The notes under the pieces were generated by a model that worked only from the letters and a program-made list of their open reading frames with translations, had not been told where the DNA came from and searched no databases. This document shows positions 1 to 64,000 of a stretch of DNA of 64,000 bases, piece by piece. The first letter of the stretch is position 1. Each line of letters starts with the position of its first letter. Origin of the DNA: Octopus vulgaris (Eukaryota); contig OX597824.1 of assembly GCA_951406725.2 (NCBI GenBank), positions 35,030,001 through 35,094,000 on the forward strand. Reading direction: 5' to 3'. The translations under genes were made by a program, and so were the position numbers.

Positions 1-25
1 AAAAGGGTTTTACAATAGTAAAAAA

Positions 26-112
26 ATCGATAATAATAATGGTGATGATGAATGATGATGATGATGATGATAATAATAATATTAATAATCATAATAATAA
101 TAATAATAATAA
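26..112. repeat. (TAA)n/(TGA)n microsatellite
   Basis: Seen directly in the sequence. Confidence 0.85.
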
Positions 113-1029
113 AAGGATAAATGGTAGCTTACTGAGATGATGGTAGTTGCAGAGTAGGTGGAGAGTGGAAGAAACGAGAGTAAAGTACTTTAATGTTAGA
201 AATAAATACAAACAAGCCAAGTAGCAGGTCAGCTAGATTTAATATTTTTTTAGATTTTCAACAAATTTTTGATTAACAGACAGGACTTTTTTTTTGTTTT
301 TTTTTTTTAGGAATGTGAAAGATGACTAGGAAGTTAAAAAAAATACTTATGGTAAGTGAGGAAAAAACAAAAACAAAAGCCGAAGAGCTGTTTTGGTTGA
401 GTTACAAATGGTTGATGTCAACAGTTAAATTGTTCCATAGGAGAAGTTTTAGAACTGTTATAAATAAAGAACTAGAGTTATCAATCATTTCTGGAAACAA
501 GCACTTTTCACTACATCTCTCATAAAGAGTAGGATTCATAAGAAGAGAGATGGAGGACTTAGTTGTCATTTCTCAGAAGGAAACAAGCGAGTTATTCCTA
601 CCAGGAAATAATATGACTGATCTTATTCCCCATCTTGTGTGTGTGTCTTTTACTGTATTATTTTTGAGATTTAAAAACATAACTGTCATTCAAAATAATA
701 TACAACAGCGTGAACAAAAATAAAAAGCTTCCAAAGTAACTTTAGCATATTTAGACACAATACTTCTGCAAATAACTTCCATTGAAGCATGATTTTATTA
801 CACTGCCTGTGAAAGAGGGAAAATTTTCAAGCATCCAACTACACAAGTCTTCTGAATTCTAACAACCAGAAGCGATTTACTTCAGATAAAGATTAAAATA
901 CTGATGGAGAAGGATTTTAAGAAGATCTCAAGAGAATACTATAACCTTAACAAAATTAACCCAAGCAATACCAATATGATGTAGAACATTTCATATATAC
1001 ATATATATTCTTTTATACATTTCACCCCA

Positions 1030-1389
1030 AAGGCTGTGGCATACTAGAGCACTGCCAGTGTTATCACCTTTCAATGGCCTTTCTTCTGTAACTGGCTTTT
1101 GATAAAGAAGGGGGTTTGATAACGCTGCCCTCTTTTGGGTTTCTTGCCATGATGTAGGTTCATCTGGGACCTTGGACAGCAAAAGATGTTTCTTGAAAAC
1201 ATCTATCCCTACTCCACATTGGTCTCTAAAATGTTTTGGCAAGATATTAAATAGCTGTGGGCCTATGAATCCCAAGCTATTGCAGTACATGGTTTTCACA
1301 CTAGATGGGATGGGTGGGACCTTTGGAACAGTGCAGTGATGTCCAATTTTGGGGTTAGTATAGCTCTCAATGCCAAAGTTTGGTGCCAT
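1030..1389 (-). mobile_element. 3' ORF2 fragment of a CR1/L2-group non-LTR retrotransposon
   Basis: ORF 991..1389 reads GPQLFNILPKHFRDQCGVGIDVFKKHL..VPDEP, typical of a LINE ORF2 C-terminus; flanked by TA repeats. Confidence 0.7.
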
Positions 1390-1399
1390 ATATATGTAT

Positions 1400-4300
1400 A
1401 ATGTATGTATAAAAGTAATATTGAATGGTTTCAGAACAAAAAGAAAAAAAAAAAAAATTTGGTGTTCATTATGAGGCCCGAAGCATTTGGCAGATGACTG
1501 ACAAAGCTGTATGTTAAAGAGCCTTATTTATCACATATGATGAGCTTGGGATTACCAGAAACGAAATGTCCCAGGAACACTTAAATATATTTTAGAAAAA
1601 CATGTGGACTATCCCAAGAAACTATCTTAGGACTGTCTTCAAGAAACGAATTTAACTAAATACTGATTATTGATTGTCTTTTAAAACCTTAACAGTGAAA
1701 ATTTTCATCAGAAGATTTTAGTAACTATGACAGCAGTAGGTGAGAACCATCGAAGAAATCTGCAGAAAAGAAACCTTTGAAAATTGAAAATTTCTGTGTA
1801 ATTTGGTATCTATAAAAGATTCATGCTTCTCTATTCTAAAGGGTAAAGAAAAATGCTTTCATAAAATTAGGGAAATATAATTAAAAGAAACTTATTTAAC
1901 TGATATTTTACAATATCTAAATTATTAGGATTGCCTTTTCATTAAAAAAAAAAAAAAAGAAACCCTTCAACACAAAGATACAGTCTTAAAAAAGAAAAAG
2001 GCTTTCGATAGTTTTGTGTCAGAAACGAAAAATAGCAGAGCATTTTATGAAAACTATTCGATTGACATATTTAACTTCAGAACGATTGATTTTTTTTTAA
2101 CTTCAAAACTAAATATTGTTTAACTTAATTGGGTTGTTTATATTTTTAAAGAAAAACATGTCAAAAAGGATAATTTAATAAAAAGGTAAATGGATGGCAT
2201 TTTTAAAAACAGTTCTGAAAATATTTTAACAAAATAGTTTCAAAATAAAATTGATGTCCCCCTACTAATTACTGTTACTTTTAACGTACCAGGTGTAGTG
2301 GGTGGTGGTGGTGGTGTGGTAGTAAATGAATGCATTAATGATTTGTGGTTTTGAAATTTCAGACCAAAATTCCTCTTATTTTGCTGATCAACCAAAAAGT
2401 AAAGTCAGTTTTCAACTAAACAACTTTACCATAAACATCTATATGAAATCAACAAATTCTGTAATCTTACAAGATTAAAATTCTTTAAGAACTTGGCACT
2501 ATATTTAATAACAACATATCTAAATCCAAGGCATTTTGTATCTTAGCCAACATAATTTTTCTTTTGCTGCAATGAGTATCGAAAATAAAGAGAGTAATAA
2601 TTTAAATTTAAAAAAACAAACAAACAAACAGATAAAGAAACGCAAGCAGTCTGTTTTGAGAGTTTTGCAATCAATTTGTATAGTATTTAGACATTTAAGT
2701 TTATGTTTATATGCATATATGTATGATAAATGATGAAATGTCTTACTTTTAAATATCTCATTCCACTCTCTTTAATTTGGCTGTCAGAGATGTCAACGGT
2801 ATATAAAGAGATGTCTGATTTGTAAAGTATATATGTAAAGAGGAGGATATAAACAGATGGGATTGCAGCAACATTGTCTGTCTCACATTACAGAGATAAA
2901 TATTTGCTGCTAAAACAAAGCATTACTTTTCAAGTAAACGATTCCACATAGTTTAAAACTGCTTTCCTGATAATGTTGATTTGTATTCTTTAAACTGGAC
3001 TCATCAGCTAAAAAGCTCTAATGGCATAAAAGTAAACCAAATACTCCAATATTTCAAAAGTTAACTATTTCAATCAATATACAGTTCATTAATGGGGACA
3101 TCTTAGCTGAAGTTGAATTTTTTTAAGAAGTAAGCTATTTCATTGTGAAACTCTTAATAATTAACTCAATATTTAATTGTAATTAGGCAGTCTAAACGAA
3201 CGTCCAAATATGGGTTTATCAACTATTTTGGAAGCCATATTAACAAAAATATAATGCTTTCAGAAAACAGAATACCAAATGGCAAGAAAATAGACTTTAC
3301 CATGCCAAACATGATAAATAGACTAAATAACAATATTTTTACAATTTCAACTTATAAAAATAGTGGCTCTAATTATCTCTAGAGTAATGTTATAATTTCA
3401 TATATTGTGTAACTGTGATATAGATTTATATCTTTATACTTAAACTTTAAAATTGGGTTGATTTTGCAATTGTAGTTTTCAACAAAAATAAATAAATAAA
3501 TAAATGCTAATCTAGGAAACTAGTTGAAAGAAACAACCCACATAAGAATGAGGATTTAAAAGTAATTTGATAATTGCATACATCAGGGGGAACAAACAAT
3601 AGGATTAGAGGTTAGAAAAAATATTAACTTATATGGTGGAGAAATTTATATAAATTCTCATTAAAATTACATCTAGGAATTATAAAATTAACAAAAGACA
3701 ATAGGTAAGCACTGGTAAATCTCAAGGCACATTTTTTTCCAGAACCTTGACATGAAAAATATAATTTGGGGAGGAAAAGAAAATTGGAAGGAAAATTTAT
3801 TTAAGGGCAAATATACAATATTTTTTTTCTTCTTTCTCCAAACATGCACCTAAGAAATTTGGAGAATGAAACACTCCTAAAGTTAATTAATAATTAATAA
3901 AAACAAAACAAAGTAAATAAATAAACAAAGAATTGGATCGTTACTAGTTAAACTTTAAACTATCCATCAAATCTGTTTTAGAATTTCTGAAATCGTAACT
4001 ATCTGACCGAGTCCCTCTGTATTCTCAAAATTACTGTAAAGTTATTATTGCCAAAATCTTAAAAATTTTTCATCACAGTGAAATGTGTCCATGGGTAAAG
4101 TTGATAACTTGGTCAAAGACACTCCATTATTAGCACACAGCCTCAACTGACTAACATGGATAACAGAAAGCTGGAAATAAAGCATGCCACAATGGTGGTG
4201 TAATAATGACAATACAGTTGGACAATCTGGGTGTTTATCAGACAACTAGTTTAACCAGAGGAAGGTTGAAGTATTACTAATATAGTAGTACTACAAGCTA

Positions 4301-4504
4301 CCGTTGCAACACTCTCATTGCAGAAATAGTTGCACTTGAAAGATTAAGTGAATATTGGAAATAATCCTTTATTTTTTTTTCAGATTAAAATAATGAAAAT
4401 GACCAAATTAATTTCTCTTTTCTTCAACATTACTCAATGGCAGGTAGGCAGTGGTGTGAGTAGTGGGGTAGATACAGGAGATAGTAGATTAGTAGCAATA
4501 GCCT
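1400..4504 (-). other. Probable long 3' UTR of MAP4K (end undefined)
   Basis: About 3 kb after the stop with no recognisable SINE/LINE, U-rich on the sense strand; AATAAA (minus strand) at 4368-4373 and 3796-3801. Confidence 0.5.
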
Positions 4505-62346
<57,842 letters not shown>

Positions 62347-62959
62347 CTGAAAATAAACAGATAAAAATACATTCATAACGATATTTTTAAATATTTTCCT
62401 CAAATACAAAATTCCTAGCCCCGATAGATAAACATTTCCCTGATAGTCATAGAGATACAATAATTGACAAAAGATGTTCCATGATAGTACCCTACAGCTG
62501 TGGTCTGAATATCATCAGCCAAGTACCCCTACCTGTGTCTATGGGTCATCTTGCCAAGACTCCAGTTCCCTCTGTGTTGTGCTACATATATATGATAAGC
62601 TAAGCTCCTCTTTTCAGTTCCTTCTTTGATGTCATCAGTCTGTAGATGTTTCTGATGGCCTCTTGCTCTCTTACCCAACACATTTTATGTTATGATGATC
62701 TTGGAGGTAATGACATGTGGGGCATTCAATGTCCTACATATGATAGCTTTGTGGACTTAATTCTTGACAGCAGGTGTCTTTGGACTTTCAGCTTTTCTAG
62801 TACTGCACTGTTTGTTGCACAGTCTTTCCAGCTTATTCTGCCCCATCTGCGTAAAATTCACATTTCAAAGGCTTCTGTCTTCTTTTCCACTGCTGTGAAC
62901 ATTGTTCAAATTTCTGACCTGAACAATCAACCTAATATGAAACATTATTTCATGTAACC

Positions 62960-63420
62960 CAATGAAGATATCCACTCCAGGCTGCAACTTCAAGAACCCA
63001 GATACATATCCATTGGACCAGGCATGCAAGGTTAACTTAGTTGTTTATGAAGCCAAGGTCACTTCTGTGCTGTTAAATAAAGGAAGTGAAAGAAAAGGAA
63101 AAAAATCAGACTGTGCAAAAGGGACTTCAAAGAGAGATACACTAATTACCAGTCATCTTTCAAATGTAAAGAAAAGAAAAAACACAGAGCTAGCAAGTCA
63201 TATCGGAAACCTGAATACAGTATATCACACAGTATTACATGGAATATCTCAGTGAGAACTAGGCTACACATTAACAGGTCTTAAAACTGCAGGTTCTGTA
63301 TAGCTGAGAAACATACATCCTTATTAAATTGAAGAACAGCACCAACCCTCTAAACTTGATATCTGAAATCTTTACAACATGTATGCATCTTGACAAGTTT
63401 CTGTTACTAAATAGGAAGAT
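62960..63420 (+). mobile_element. Penelope-like element, GIY-YIG endonuclease fragment
   Basis: CNFKNPDTYPLDQACKVNLVVYEAKV..NTELASHI..NCRFCIAEK..LNLISEIFTTCMHLDKFLL. Confidence 0.75.
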
Positions 63421-64000
63421 GCCGTTCACCACCAGATTAGACATATAGCTTAACACAGTATAGCCTTTCCCTCATTCAACAATTCCCACCAGGCATAAAC
63501 AGTCAACAATATTCCTTTTGATACTAAACCGGCCCCATAGCTGGCCGAAAAATTTTTTGGTTCAAAAGACCAACCTGGCTGAGAGTATCCGTTGTAATTT
63601 AAATGTATATTTGAACACAAAATCTTGTTAGTACATTCGTGAAAACACGTGATTTCACTTTGCTAACAGTTGAGTCATAGTAAGATTGGTAATGGAATCT
63701 TAACATTCAACTCAAAATTTCAGGTACATGAAATTACATGCAGTCAAATGAAATCCGACATTGTTTGACATGATATTTGAACTCTGGTGTTGCAGCTACC
63801 CTCCTCAATGAGTGAAGGACTGCTCATTCCATGTCCAAGCTCTAAACCTTGCAATAAAAGAATCTCAAATGTGCAACATTTCCAAAAACTCTGCACAACA
63901 AACTTGTCTCATTGTCTGGAATGAGTGTACTGTCACATCGTGGAGCTCCAGAGATACTTGACTGTACCCTCCAAGATATAAAAAAAACAATAGTATGCTC

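Noticed and set aside
310-525. Plus-strand acceptor-like tract and 67-aa ORF
   Set aside because: No recognisable protein similarity or partner exons; fits an A/T-rich non-coding tract.
62347-64000. Search for the preceding kinase exon (..ELQPPMFDLHPM)
   Set aside because: Not found on the minus strand; it must lie beyond the window.

Overview
AT-rich, intron-rich animal DNA. The SINE/RTE repeat set is typical of Octopus (inferred; not searched). One protein-coding gene dominates, on the minus strand: a MAP4K3/MAP4K5 (GCK-I, Drosophila happyhour-like) kinase. I read 22 GT-AG exons from 62346 down to the TAG stop at 4505-4507. They join in one continuous frame (1957 nt) and encode the end of the kinase domain, an acidic/proline-rich linker and the whole CNH domain. 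The 5' kinase exons lie beyond 64000. Introns hold two tRNA-derived SINE families, RTE/BovB, Jockey/CR1-type, HERO-like and Penelope-like retroelement fragments, an internally deleted mariner, TTAA- and hAT-type MITEs, two non-autonomous Helitrons and microsatellites. The leads most worth testing are: candidate frame-compensating microexon pairs in the linker introns, a near-perfect 72-nt intronic hairpin whose loop could pair with the adjacent exon, a long fold-back next to a degenerate hammerhead ribozyme, and a Helitron with an extended terminal palindrome. All alignments and translations were done by eye. Repeat boundaries are approximate unless termini are quoted. No prokaryote-type system (for example CRISPR) is present.
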